Source of the DNA: Rhizaria sp. SCN 62-66
Lineage: Eukaryota
Assembly (NCBI GenBank): GCA_001724265.1
Contig: MEDY01000016.1
Location: 62,001 to 126,000 of the forward strand
Reading direction: 5' to 3'
Length of the DNA: 64,000 bases
Part shown: positions 1 through 11,305 of the stretch, piece after piece
How positions within the stretch are numbered: the first letter of the stretch is position 1
How the letters are laid out: the number at the start of each line of letters is the position of its first letter
Program-made: the position numbers and the translations under genes
Notes under the pieces: generated by a model
The model's database searches: none
The model's input: only the letters and a program-made list of their open reading frames with translations
What the model was told of the DNA's origin: nothing

Positions 1-1459
1 CTGGGCCGTGTCGGCCGTGACGTCGCGTGCCTTCCGCGCGCCGCCGCTGCGCACCGCGCAGTACTCGCACTCCTACAACAGTGAGTCTGCTGCGAATTCT
101 AGCAGCACTGGCCCGACAGTCGAGCGCAAGGACATTGAGGTGGGCGAGTCGTTCAAGGGCGAGCACCTGGCGATGATTCCCCTCATCGACATGCTCAACC
201 ACTCGCTGGAGCCTAACGCCTACTCGAGCTTCCTGCGCGTCGACCCCACCGCTCCTGGCAAGGGCGGCTACCACGTCGCCCTGCGCGCGCTGCGTCCCAT
301 CAAGGCCGGCGAGGAGCTCACGCTCAACTACTTCCGCCCGCGCACGAACTCCGGCGACGCCGGCGCTGTGGCCGCGGCGGCGCGCGCGGAGCTGGAGGAC
401 CGCGCCGCCACTGGTTACACCACCGCCGCGAGCACAGCTTCTGGCTCTGCGGCGGCAAGCAAGAGCGTGCGCCCGCTGTCGTGGGGCGCCAACACGGCCG
501 CTGCGGCGGTGGCGCAGGCGCTGGTGGACCCGGCGGACCTGTGGGGCGTGGCCTACACAGAGTCCTCGGACGAGACGCTGGTCAACTTCGGCTTCGTTCC
601 GGCGTGGAACGCGCGCGACCGCTTCCGCCTCGAGCTCAACGTCGACCTGCTCAAGACGGCCATGACCATGGCGCTCGACTTGGGCGCCGACACGGAGAAG
701 CTCGCCGCCGCCGCCGCGGCCGCCGCGACGGGCAGCGGCGACGGGACCGTGCCCGTGACCACGGCGCTGCAAGCGCAGGGGCTGGTGGCGGCCGCGCCGG
801 GCGAGTTCACGGACCGCCAGCGCGAGCTCATCGACACCGTGCTGTCGCTGCCCGCGAGCATGCCGCTGTACGTCGGCTGGGGCGGCCCCTCGCCCGCGCT
901 CGCCGCGCTGTGCCGCGTGCTGGCCGCCGGGACTTGCCGCGTTAACGCCGCTGGAGACCGCGAACAGTCGCCGCTGATCGACACCACGCTCGAGTTCGAG
1001 CGCGCGCGGGTCGAGTCCGAGGCGCGCGTCGAGGCCGCCCGCGCGGTGGCTGCGACGGCGCGCAGGGCGGACGATCTGGCGCGCATGCTGTGGGCCACGC
1101 GCGGCCGCATCCTTCCCTCGAGCAGCGCGAGCAGCAATGGAGACGCTGCGGGGAGCGAGATCGAGGCGAGGGACGCGCTGGCGGGCTGGGGCGCGGACCC
1201 GCTCACGGCTGAGAACGAGGCCGGCGCGCGCGCTGTGCTGTACAAGCTGCTGGTGCTGCACACGGCCATGTTCCGCGGCAAGCTGTCGCGCGACGCAGAG
1301 GCTATGGCCAAGGCGGCGGATAAAAAGGACGCTGCGGGGTTCATCGCGCTGCAGGTTGCGCGCGGCAAGAAGCAGATTTTGACGCACGCGCTGATGATGT
1401 TGGCCAGGGACTTGGAGCTGGATGAGAGCGTGCACGCGTGGCACAAGTCTCTTGTGTGA
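1..1459 (+). CDS. SET-domain protein lysine methyltransferase (Rubisco LSMT/SETD3-like), 5'-truncated by window edge
   Basis: Motifs AMIPLIDMLNHS, ALRPIKAGEELTLNY and SDETLVNFGFVP are typical of the LSMT-type SET C-terminal half. The frame is open from the window start and ends in TGA. Confidence 0.8.
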   Translation, partial: WAVSAVTSRAFRAPPLRTAQYSHSYNSESAANSSSTGPTVERKDIEVGESFKGEHLAMIPLIDMLNHSLEPNAYSSFLRVDPTAPGKGGYHVALRALRPIKAGEELTLNYFRPRTNSGDAGAVAAAARAELEDRAATGYTTAASTASGSAAASKSVRPLSWGANTAAAAVAQALVDPADLWGVAYTESSDETLVNFGFVPAWNARDRFRLELNVDLLKTAMTMALDLGADTEKLAAAAAAAATGSGDGTVPVTTALQAQGLVAAAPGEFTDRQRELIDTVLSLPASMPLYVGWGGPSPALAALCRVLAAGTCRVNAAGDREQSPLIDTTLEFERARVESEARVEAARAVAATARRADDLARMLWATRGRILPSSSASSNGDAAGSEIEARDALAGWGADPLTAENEAGARAVLYKLLVLHTAMFRGKLSRDAEAMAKAADKKDAAGFIALQVARGKKQILTHALMMLARDLELDESVHAWHKSLV

Positions 1460-2821
1460 AGACTCATTAATATGTTAAGCTTAATGTGAACATGAGTCTT
1501 TATCGTTGCTGGCTTTCCGCCGGTAACGTTGCTGGTTGTTCTAAAATATGGTCAGGAGGTATATTTATTTACTACGTGTAATAACACGTATCAATAATAC
1601 ATTATTTGGACAAAAGTAATCCTTGAGATACGGAAAGCTTTTGATGATGCAGAGTCATTGACAGATATCGTCTACGTGCCTCTAAGATGGGCTGGGAGAA
1701 CAAAAAGAAAGAACCATGGGATGGGAGTCGAACTAAAGGATGTACAATAAATTTGTTTTGTAAAACAAAAATAAATGTCCACCAGAAATGCAAATCTTCT
1801 TTGTTATTTCGTGCTTTTAGTGAAAAAGTAAATCCCAGCAAAAATGTAATACTTTTATAAGAAGTAAAAATGTTGATGAAAAGTTTGTAGCTCGGAACTT
1901 GAACACATGTTTACTGCTTTAACTTAAAATAAAATAATAAAGATTCTTATTATATCAGAATATTGATTGAATAAGGTGAAAAGAGACAGCACTAAGAGAT
2001 TAAAATCAGAGCATTAGTGGAAAATGAATCTTCACATTTTCACATCGAAGAGTGATCATGACCACCTCAAAAGTACAGTACAAGTAACGCAACATCCAAA
2101 GTGGTACTGTACACCGAGCCTAGTGAACACGCTCACGAAGAAAGCACAGAGCAGCGGTTATGGTTTAATTTACTTTTGTATTTCATGCGGTATACATCCT
2201 CCAAGTCAGAATATCAAAATCGATTCGCACTGTGGGGGGTGTGAAGCCGCCTGTATTTATATCAAAGGCTGTCATACGAAGGGAGCAGAAAACTGTTGGC
2301 GCAGAGGCGCACAACAGCTGCTGTGACTTACGTTGACGCTATAAAGACGCTTATTTAGCGTCTGGGGGTCGGGTGTTTTGTGGATTATTGTTGTGTTTTT
2401 CGGGCTTGAGCTATTGTCAAGTGCAGGTGAAAAATAACGTCACTTCGCGTATTTCATGCGCAGTGTGCAACTGACTTAACAAAGAGACTGTAAAATATGA
2501 TCTCATAAGGAACAAAAAATAAAAAGAAACATATAATAGCTGGGGTGTGACAACAGAACAAAGTGAAACGGTACGAGTCATTGCTACGTTAGCAAAGTAG
2601 AAACTGAGCGAACACGAAATTGATATCACGACTGACTTCAGCATACTACTGCTTAATTCACACTGAGAGAGATACCGCGATTACTCTGCTGCTGTACAAG
2701 AGTTAATTCTAACGCAGAGACATGTTTGCCATTTGCGCAGTCTTATTAGACACTGATCCAGTGTGATTGTAGGTACAATGTCAGCGTACTTGCATTTTGC
2801 GTGTATGGGCTGACTGGCAGC

Positions 2822-3758
2822 TTAGTAGCTGTTCGGCCGGCCAGCGCCGATGGTGCGAGTGAACCAGTCCATGCCCTCAAACACGCCCTCGCCGGTGCGC
2901 GCGGAGCAGCCCTGGACGTACCACTCGCGGCCCTGGATCTTCTGCAGCTCGAGGCGCTGCGTGATCTCGCGCACCGACAGCGCCTGCACCATGTCCTGCT
3001 TGTTGGCCAGCACCAGGAACGGAACACCGCGCAGCTCGTCCTCGGCGAGCAGATGCGCGAGTTCCTCCTTGGCGGCCTTGGAGTCGCGGTCGACGATGGG
3101 GCCCACGAGGCGCTCCTCGTCGGCCGAGTCGAGCACGAAGATGAGGCCGTCGATGTTCTGGAAGTAGTAGCGCCACAGGGGGCGGATGATGTCCTGCGAG
3201 AGCAAAGGAGATGAAAGCAGGAAGAAGCAAAAGAAGATAAAACATTCAAATCAAGAGAAGAAGAAGGGTTTGTGAGGTTTTGAGTGCGCGAGCTTTGATG
3301 ATAAATGTGTGTTGCAAGATTCAACGTCACTAAGGTACGTTCGATAGTTACGTAATGTACCTGACCTCCGACATCCCAGAGCGTGAACTGAATGTTCTTG
3401 TACTTGATGTTCTCGACGTTGAAGCCAATCGTCGGCATCGTGGAGACGACTTCGCCCAGCTGCATGCGAAGGCTGAGAGCGGTCTTGCCAGCGTTGTCGA
3501 GGCCAAGAAGAAGAATCTTGTAGTCTGTTGGGAGGGCAAGGCAGAAAAGAAAAGAGGAAATAGAAGCAAACAGAGCAAATAAGAGAAGAGAATAGAGGAA
3601 AGAGAAGGCCAAAGGCAAGAGTGTGAGTTGAGTGGTGAGGCTTGACAGGAAGCACAGCGAGCGAGTAACAGTAAAAGTTAAACACAACAGTTGTTCGTGA
3701 GAGACGTACTCTTTTGAGCAGTAAGAGAAGCCCAGACGCGGGTGAAGAAGTTGCCCAT
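2822..3758 (-). CDS. Arf/Arl small GTPase, 3 exons (3758-3710, 3524-3361, 3193-2822)
   Basis: Spliced product MGNFFTRVW...GLDNAGKT...PTIGFNVE...[17 protein letters not shown]...NKQD...CSA has the myristoylation Gly2 and G1-G5 motifs. GT-AG introns restore the frame. Stop TAA. Confidence 0.93.
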
Positions 3759-4153
3759 GATGTTGGAAAACGAGTGCTAATATAGAATCAAAGGATAAAG
3801 CGCAGGATATGAGTCAACAGCAAGTTGTGCGAGCGTTTCTGTGAGTCAGCAACAACTCGAAGAGTGACACGATGCAACACTCTATCAAAGAGCAAGAAAT
3901 ACGTCGTGAATGTTTTCACTTTTACTATTTTCTAGTTTGGTTTACTTATTCTATCACTTTTTATTTATCAAAGCATTGTTATTAACGCTAATCAATACTT
4001 TTGCATTGCACACTTTCCGGTTTCCTTGTTTGCTTGGTAGTTGAAGATGACTCAGCTCAGCCACGCGTTTTAGATTTGTGGTGACTGGTGACAGCTAAAA
4101 GTTGTTCGTGGCTAGTATTTTTCGCAGCAAAAATATTGATGTATACAAATGTT

Positions 4154-4185
4154 TTTAGACAATATATTTAAATATATTGTCTAAA
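4154..4185. repeat. Perfect 32-bp palindrome TTTAGACAATATATTT|AAATATATTGTCTAAA
   Basis: The left 16 nt are the exact reverse complement of the right 16 nt, with no spacer. Confidence 0.9.
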
Positions 4186-4637
4186 CAAGTTACTTTTGTG
4201 AGTGAGCGAATTTTCACTGCTCTATATTTCAATTAGTTTGATGAAACCTTCAAAATTTACCTCGGAATCATTTCTATGACATTACACATTTCTGAAAAAT
4301 AAATCGTTCATATTCAGCTCAAAACAGTAAGCATTCGAATTCACACAATATTCTTACTTGAAGGTTATATTATTCAAGTTTATATCATTTGAGGGAATAG
4401 TTAAGTACGAGAAAAACTGATTGTTTGATGCGTGACTCAGCATGAAAGATAGAACGCATGTTCCGAAAAGTCAATAAAGCAAAGAGATAACAATTTAAAA
4501 AGTTTAATTTTTGCCGGATCAACAAAATATTGTATTAAAACTACATAGCTTTGCCTCAATATACAAAAATATAAGGATTTCAGGCTATATGAGGCTGATT
4601 TAGAAGACAGCTGTCACTGCCACACATTCTTTGGGGC

Positions 4638-7600
4638 TTAATATGCTTTGGACGCGCCATGAATCGGCAGGTAAGGCCTGACGGGTCTCTCATCACCGTC
4701 CCACGCCGCCACGCCCCAGAGTGTCACGCTGACCGCCATGGCAGCGCGCGCTTCAACACTCACGCTCTCGAGCCACGACACAGCGATAGCGCTCTCACTC
4801 TCATTCTCACTGGGAGAGCGAGAGGAGCTTGCATCCGCGTCGGTGTTGGCCGCGGGGTCCCACAGAGCGCCGCACATGCTCGTAGCAAGCCTCTTCCCCC
4901 ACTCACCGCACTCGCACTTGTTTTGAGCCGAAGCACCAGTCGCTGCAAGGGCGGGCCGCTCGTGTGCGCGCGGCAGCAGAGCGAGCCCCGTGACCGCGAC
5001 GGCGAGTGGGTCCTCGCGGGCGTCGCCATGGCCGCGCAGCAGCTCGGCCGCCACGGCGCTGCGCAGAGAGCGCGCGGGCAGCGCGGCAATGCAGCGGGAC
5101 AGGCACGACGGACACGACACACGCACAGTCTTGCCGCCGCTAGTATTCCCGTCAGTGATGGTAGAGTCGGAGGCAGGGACTGTGAGGGTGAGCTCGCGCA
5201 CACAGCGCAACGCCATCGAACGCAGTCGGACATCGCCCTCACTGCCGTTCAGTGTCTCACTCTCGCCGCTCCAGTCGGCCTCGAGCCCCGCGGCGGCGAC
5301 GGCGCACAACGCGGCGACGGCGCAGCGGTAGTCGTGCATGGCGCCTGGCAGCCCCTCGATCGCGGTCCGCGTGTGGTCATGGCCGTGGTGCGCGATCAGC
5401 GTGGCGATGAGCGCAAAACGCAGCACCTTAAAGGTGTGTGAGAGGACGACGACGAGGCTGGAGCTCGCGGCCTCGAGCTGGCGCGGCAACGACGCGAGCG
5501 CAGTGAGCGCGCCGGCGGCGTCCAGCGGGGCTGCAGAGCACACAGGCAGCATCGCCGCAGACAAGGCGCTCTTGGCGTCGCTTCCGTCAGCGTCACAGTC
5601 AATCATGGGTTGCTTTTGACTCACGTTTGCGGAGGCGCTTGCAGCAACAGTACAGCGAGGCAACGCAGCCGTGATGCGCTCAGTCAACACAGTCGCGGGC
5701 ACGTGAGCCACCACACTATTCTCGTTCTCGGTCGCGGTAAGCGGGAACAGCATCTTGCCCCATACCAACAAGCCGTGAGCAAGGTCAAGCGGCTTAACAT
5801 CTGCGCTCTCGTCACTAGTCAGCGCAGGAGCAAGCAGGGTAGCAAGAATTGAGACCTCGCTATAGTTGCTACCGTCGGTGTTGGCAGCAGTGCGAACAAT
5901 CTCGGCAAACAGAGGGCTGCGCGCGGCGTTGCGCAGCCAACTGCTGTTAACGTTGCTGCTGCGGTCATCCGCACTAACACGCGCAATAGCCGACAGCGCA
6001 GGCGGGAGCACACCACCGTTCGCGTCCGTGTCGTTGTTGCTGACGGCAAGCGTGAGCGCTTCGGCCGCCGCGCGCACGAGCACGGGCATGAAGCGCCCGA
6101 CCGCGAGCAGCGCCAGCGTAATCGCGCGCGACCGCGAGGACTTGGACAGCGTCGAGAGGTCCGCGACGGTGGCGTAAAGCGAAGGTAGCGGCGGGTCACT
6201 GACGCGGTCCATCACGCCCGTCACAGCCGCCCCAGTCGTCGCATCGGTCGCCGAGCCGTCAGCGCCAGAGTCGGTCGCGGCGGCTGGGGCGATCGCGGTG
6301 GGGTGCGAAGAGAGCGTGCGCGCCCAGGCGCCGCCCGTGGTCCACGAGGCCGCGAGCGCGGGCACCGAGGCCCAAAGGCGGACAGTGCGGCGCAGCGGCA
6401 GACGCAGAGGCGCGCCGGCAACCGGAACCGCGCTCGGAGAAGTTGCGGAAGATTCGGACACGGACACGGGGTAGCCGTACTTCGTTGTGATAGAGTTATT
6501 CGCAGCGTCTGCGGGCAGGAGCGAGTGCCCCGACGTGACCGCGGCGAGCACGGTCAGCGGCGAGGGCGTGATCAAGTCTGCGCTGCCGACACTCACCACA
6601 GTCGCCGTCGCGGTCGCAGTCGCGGCGGCGGTGACGGCGGCCTCGTCGCTCTTGAGCGCCTGCTCGCAGTCGGCGTCGGCGCTGTTGACGAACGAGCGCA
6701 TCGGCCGCGCAAGGTACGCGCGCAGCCACTCAGGCTCACAGGCATCGTCGCCATCAGAGCCAGAGCCAGAGTCCGCGGCGTGTGCGTCGGCGGCGTCTGC
6801 GTCAGCGGCGCTGAGCCCGACGACTGCGACGGCGGCGTCGGCGGCGCCGTCGAGCCACTGCAGCAGCGCGTGCGCGGCTGTGGACGGCAGCTCGCTGAGG
6901 CGCCCATTGTGCACCAGCGACCGCAGCGTGAGCGCCACCACGGGCCGCTGCGGCGTGCTCACCGTCACGCCACCACAGCTCGCACCAACAGCACCGCCGC
7001 CGGCCTTCGCAGCAGCAGCGGCAGCGGTCGCGGCGGCGATGGTCCCAGCGTAGGTGCCGTCGGCGATGCTGTGCATCGCGGTGGCGATGACAGCGACACG
7101 CGCGCGGTCGAAGTCGCACAGCGCAGGCGGGATCTGGTCCAGCGAGAGGGAGAGGTCGGGCAGCGCAAACGCGCGGTGGCTGTAGCACGACGGCAGGTCG
7201 TCGCCCCATACCGCGGCCGCGGACGACAGCGGCGGCTGCTTAGCCTGAGACGCCGCACTCGTTGCCGAAGCCACAGCCGCAGGAGAAGTTGTGCTGAACT
7301 TGGTGCAGCCCATGGCGCTGTTGGCAAACGTGGCCGAGGTCACGGACTGGGTCGCAATCGCCACCGTGGCGGCGGCCGCGAGGGGCGTCGAGGCCGAGAG
7401 CATCTGCCGGTACTTGTTGAGCACGCCCTCGGACAGCACCTGCCCCAGCACGAGTCCGTCCCAGTTGTTGGCGCGCGCGTTGGGCAGGAACGCGCTGTTG
7501 ACCGCGGCCTCGGCGCTGGCGACCGTGCGCGCCGCGTCGGCGCCCGCGGCCGAGCTGTTGTTGTGCGTGAACACGCCCAGCGCGGCGGCGCCGTGGTGCA

Positions 7601-10154
7601 GCGTCAGCGCGCCGCCGCGCGCGAAGAGCACCGTGACCCAGTACAGCAGCACGAGCTGGCCGCGGGACACGCGCGCAAAGGGCTCTGCCAGCGCTTGCGT
7701 CACGCGAGACGCAATCTCCTTCTCGCTCATACTCAGAGTCGCAGAGTCGGCGTCAGAGTAAGCGAAGGGAGTGTTATTGCGGTTGACGACGGCGAGCTGC
7801 GCTTGGTCGAGCAGCCAGCGCGCAATGCTCTCGGCGCGCGAGCGCACGACAATGGGCGCGCCAGTGCCCGCGGCGGCGGCGGCGACTGCGGCGGCCTCGG
7901 AGAGCTTGGCGAGGCGCTTTGCGCGCGAGGTGCCGACATCAACAGGGTCGTAGGTGCCGAACTTGTCGCTCAGAACACCCACAATGCCCGCAATAGCTCC
8001 ACTGTCACTCGCAATGCTCGCATCATTATTGGCCTTCGCAACGTAAGACGCGGCGACAGCAACAGCACTGCGCAGCGCAGCCCAGCGCTCGCGCGTGTCC
8101 CTAGCCCAGAAGCGCCACAGCAGCCCCAGCTTCGAGAGTTCGCCCGCGGCGCGCGGCAGCGCCAGGTGCGCGGCCACGGGCAGCGGCAGGGTCAGGCTCG
8201 CGCCCGCCGCGCCGCGCTTCTGCGGCACCGGCGCGCTCCGCTTCTGCGCGGCCTTGGCGGCCGCTGCGGCCTTGGCGGCGGCGGCGGCGGCCTGGGCAGC
8301 AGCGGCGGCGGCCTTGGTGGCGGCCTCGGAGTCGGCGCCCGACGCTGTAAAGGCGGCGGCCTCAGCAGCTGCGGCGTTGGCCTTCGCGGCGGCGGCTGCT
8401 GCGGCGTTGGACGCGGCTACGGCGGCCCGCTTGCGCGCCTCGACAGCCAGGCGGTCGCCGGCGGAGCGCGTGTTGTTGCCCCCGCCGAGCCCGCTGCTCT
8501 TGGCAGCGCCGTTCCCCCTGCCCTTGCCAGTCGCAACAGTAGTCTTCTTGTTCGCGTCGTCATCGTCGTCGCTGTTGTTGTCGTTTCCGACAGCGTTGGC
8601 ATCGTTGCCGTTGTCCGCGTCGTTGTCGTCGTCATCGTCACCATTGTCGTAGAGAGGAGACGTGGCCAGAGTCACCGGGTCCACCAACACCTCGCCACGC
8701 CACAGCTTCTCGTAGTCCAACCGCGGCGCCACACCGCAGTCTCCCGCAGTGGCGGCAGCCGCAGTGGCGGCGGCGACGGTGGCGAGGGGCGCGTTGGGCA
8801 GCAGCATATGTGGCGAAGTCACGACGGTCGCGACCGCAACGCCGGCGACGACGGGCGCCTCCGCAGCGCCTCTGCTGCTACTGCTACTGCTGCTGTCGCT
8901 GCTGGTGGCGCTGTCAGAGGCGGCGAGGAAAGAGAGGGCGGAGACGGAGCCCGCAGCGCCGTCGGCGGATAAAGGCAGCAACGCCGCAGCGGCAGCCTCT
9001 TCGTCGTTGTCGTCGTTGTCGTCATCCGAGTCGTCGCCGCCTTTCTTCGCCTTGTTGCCATTCTTACTCTTAGCGCTGTTGCTGTTTGCAGATGCGGCGG
9101 TGTCTTCGTACGTCTGCGTCGAGCAGAGGCCGCGCAGCAAGTCGATCACAAGCTTCGAGATCGTAAACAGCTTCCGCGTCGTCTTCTCGCCCGCAGCATT
9201 CACACCCGAGACAGCAGCAGTAGCGTTGCCACCGGCGTTGGACGCGGCGGCCGCAGCGTTGGCAAACGCGCGGACGTTGGCCACAAACGCGTTTTCTGCG
9301 GCCACGACCTCGCGTACCCGCGCCGTCCACTGCTGGCGGATCAAAGCGAGTGCGGCGACCTCGCGCGGCAGACTGGCGCGGGCGCCGCGGGCGACGTTGC
9401 CGCGCGCGCGCGGGCACATGGCAAACAGGCGCTGCAGCACGAGCACGGTGGCGACGGAGACGTTGAAGGACTCGGAGAAGCCGACCATGTCGATGTAGAC
9501 CTGGCGCGAGGCGGCGGCGATGAGCGCCTCCGAGACGCCATCCGCCTCGCGGCCCATCACGATGGCGAGGCGCGACGGCACGCGCAGCGTCTCGCGCGAC
9601 GCCGCAAAGGCGGGCAGCAGCGCGGCAGCGTCGGCGGCCGCGTCGTCGGCGGCGTCCGCGGCGGCGTCGGCGTCTGTGGTGCTGTTATTGGCGTTGCTGC
9701 TGCTGCTCATGTTGGAGGGGTCTGTGGTGTCGCCGCGCCAGTCGTCGCGCACCGAGGGCAGCGGGAGCGGGACGGCAATGGGACTCAGCGTGGTGGCCCA
9801 GATGGTGCGTCCGTCGGCCCTGAGCGCGGCGAGCAGGGCATCGTGCGAGTCGAAGACGCGGAAGTCGACCCACAGGTCCGCGCCCATGAAGTTCTCCAGA
9901 GGCACGATGCGGTTTTTCATCTTGTTGATGTTGAGCACGAGCCAAACGTGGTGCACGCCGAAGGAGTCGGCGGTACGGAGAATGGTTTGCAGGTTGAAAA
10001 AGTCAACGATGCGGTCGAGCACGAGGAGAACGCGGTCCGAGCGCTGTGACAAGGCCGCGTCCAGCGCCGCGGCGGAAGGCAGGGACGAGACATACTGAGG
10101 CGCTGCGGCGCACTGCGCGGTCGTGGGCGCGGGTGCCGGTGCGGAGGCGCTCAT
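4638..10154 (-). CDS. SpoU/TrmH-family RNA 2'-O-methyltransferase domain fused to a ~1550-aa unrecognised, partly low-complexity C-terminal region
   Basis: N-terminal SPOUT motifs LVLDRIVDFFNLQTILRTADSFGV, AIVMGREADGVS and IDMVGFSESFNVSVA. Single 1838-aa ORF. Stop TAA. Confidence 0.8.
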   Translation of the reverse strand: MSASAPAPAPTTAQCAAAPQYVSSLPSAAALDAALSQRSDRVLLVLDRIVDFFNLQTILRTADSFGVHHVWLVLNINKMKNRIVPLENFMGADLWVDFRVFDSHDALLAALRADGRTIWATTLSPIAVPLPLPSVRDDWRGDTTDPSNMSSSSNANNSTTDADAAADAADDAAADAAALLPAFAASRETLRVPSRLAIVMGREADGVSEALIAAASRQVYIDMVGFSESFNVSVATVLVLQRLFAMCPRARGNVARGARASLPREVAALALIRQQWTARVREVVAAENAFVANVRAFANAAAAASNAGGNATAAVSGVNAAGEKTTRKLFTISKLVIDLLRGLCSTQTYEDTAASANSNSAKSKNGNKAKKGGDDSDDDNDDNDEEAAAAALLPLSADGAAGSVSALSFLAASDSATSSDSSSSSSSRGAAEAPVVAGVAVATVVTSPHMLLPNAPLATVAAATAAAATAGDCGVAPRLDYEKLWRGEVLVDPVTLATSPLYDNGDDDDDNDADNGNDANAVGNDNNSDDDDDANKKTTVATGKGRGNGAAKSSGLGGGNNTRSAGDRLAVEARKRAAVAASNAAAAAAAKANAAAAEAAAFTASGADSEAATKAAAAAAQAAAAAAKAAAAAKAAQKRSAPVPQKRGAAGASLTLPLPVAAHLALPRAAGELSKLGLLWRFWARDTRERWAALRSAVAVAASYVAKANNDASIASDSGAIAGIVGVLSDKFGTYDPVDVGTSRAKRLAKLSEAAAVAAAAAGTGAPIVVRSRAESIARWLLDQAQLAVVNRNNTPFAYSDADSATLSMSEKEIASRVTQALAEPFARVSRGQLVLLYWVTVLFARGGALTLHHGAAALGVFTHNNSSAAGADAARTVASAEAAVNSAFLPNARANNWDGLVLGQVLSEGVLNKYRQMLSASTPLAAAATVAIATQSVTSATFANSAMGCTKFSTTSPAAVASATSAASQAKQPPLSSAAAVWGDDLPSCYSHRAFALPDLSLSLDQIPPALCDFDRARVAVIATAMHSIADGTYAGTIAAATAAAAAAKAGGGAVGASCGGVTVSTPQRPVVALTLRSLVHNGRLSELPSTAAHALLQWLDGAADAAVAVVGLSAADADAADAHAADSGSGSDGDDACEPEWLRAYLARPMRSFVNSADADCEQALKSDEAAVTAAATATATATVVSVGSADLITPSPLTVLAAVTSGHSLLPADAANNSITTKYGYPVSVSESSATSPSAVPVAGAPLRLPLRRTVRLWASVPALAASWTTGGAWARTLSSHPTAIAPAAATDSGADGSATDATTGAAVTGVMDRVSDPPLPSLYATVADLSTLSKSSRSRAITLALLAVGRFMPVLVRAAAEALTLAVSNNDTDANGGVLPPALSAIARVSADDRSSNVNSSWLRNAARSPLFAEIVRTAANTDGSNYSEVSILATLLAPALTSDESADVKPLDLAHGLLVWGKMLFPLTATENENSVVAHVPATVLTERITAALPRCTVAASASANVSQKQPMIDCDADGSDAKSALSAAMLPVCSAAPLDAAGALTALASLPRQLEAASSSLVVVLSHTFKVLRFALIATLIAHHGHDHTRTAIEGLPGAMHDYRCAVAALCAVAAAGLEADWSGESETLNGSEGDVRLRSMALRCVRELTLTVPASDSTITDGNTSGGKTVRVSCPSCLSRCIAALPARSLRSAVAAELLRGHGDAREDPLAVAVTGLALLPRAHERPALAATGASAQNKCECGEWGKRLATSMCGALWDPAANTDADASSSRSPSENESESAIAVSWLESVSVEARAAMAVSVTLWGVAAWDGDERPVRPYLPIHGASKAY

Positions 10155-10473
10155 GGAAATCGCAAGATGAGAGCTGATAGAGTTGGTTTGCAGGCTGGGG
10201 ACTGGAAAGTGTGGGTGGGTAGCAGAGGATGAGTGAGTGCGAGGTGTCGATTGCTAACGTTTTGAAGTGGTTAACATCCGTTAATAGGAAAAGAATATTT
10301 TATGCCTATTTTATCCACAATATAATATAAGAAAATACAAGTTATATTTGCATAGAAATTGTATATACGGACTTGCAGGCTGTTTAAGGCTCGACTTGGA
10401 GGTTTTCCACAGCCGACTGCGAGCCAGTCCCGCCTCACAAAGAGCCGATATCAACTTTGAATTATTGATTTCA

Positions 10474-11305
10474 ATGGCTGTCCAGCAAGAGAATTGTTGG
10501 TATTTTTGGAATATTCAGATACACTTGTCTATTTTACTTTAATTATACAACGAGATGCTTTGTCATAGCTCCACATCGCCTCACCTTTTCTTTCCCTGTT
10601 TCCTCTTTGCCTGTTGACTTGTTCCTTTGCCCATCGCGATCGCCTCTATCACTCTGTCACGCGCGCTCTCATTACCATAATCCTACGCCCAGCCCTTCCG
10701 GCATGGTGGAGCCTTTCCGCTTTCCGTCCAAGGTTTTGGGCTGCGACTGCATCATCTGCGAGCGCAAGGGCGTCGACATGGCGACGTACAAGGACCCGAT
10801 CATGCTCTTCGACCTCTACAAGGTCGTCAAGATCGACGACAACGGCGAGGCTGTCGACATGTCCCCCGCGGAGATGCAGCAGTTCGAGGAGAAGTACCCC
10901 AAGCACGCCGAGTGGCTGTCTGAAACGGGCACGGGCGAGCCCGTCAACGTCAAGAAGACGGCTTGGCACAAGGTCTGCGTGCAACTGCTCAAGAACATCC
11001 TCCGCGACAAGGAAGTGAAATACTTCCGCTCGCCCGTCGACACGCGCGCGCTTAACATCCCCGACTATCCGGTGTACATTAAGCACCCGATGGACTTCGG
11101 CACGATTGACCAGCGGCTCAACGCCGACGCGCAGGGCGGTTACGAAAACCCCTACGACTTCATCTCGGACGTCCGCATGGTCTTCCGCAACTGCTACGTG
11201 TTCAACGCGAAGGGGACGCAGATCTGGCGCATCGCCGAACGCATCAGCATGAAGTTTGAGGAGCAACTCATCAACTACGCGTCGCTGCCGCCCTCGATGC
11301 TCTAA
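10474..11305 (+). CDS. Single-bromodomain protein, 2 exons (10474-10499, 10693-11305)
   Basis: Bromodomain motifs FRSPVD, IPDYPVYIKHPMDFGTI and FISDVRMVFRNCYVFN. Exon 1 is inferred from an ATG and a GT...CAG intron that keeps the frame. Stop TAA. Confidence 0.85.

Noticed and set aside
6303-8972. Long antisense/alternate-frame ORFs (e.g. 6303-8972 +, 19193-21238 +, 39789-41420 -, 60878-62749 +)
   Set aside because: These are shadows of GC-rich codon bias on real genes. They are Arg/Gly-rich with no recognisable motifs.
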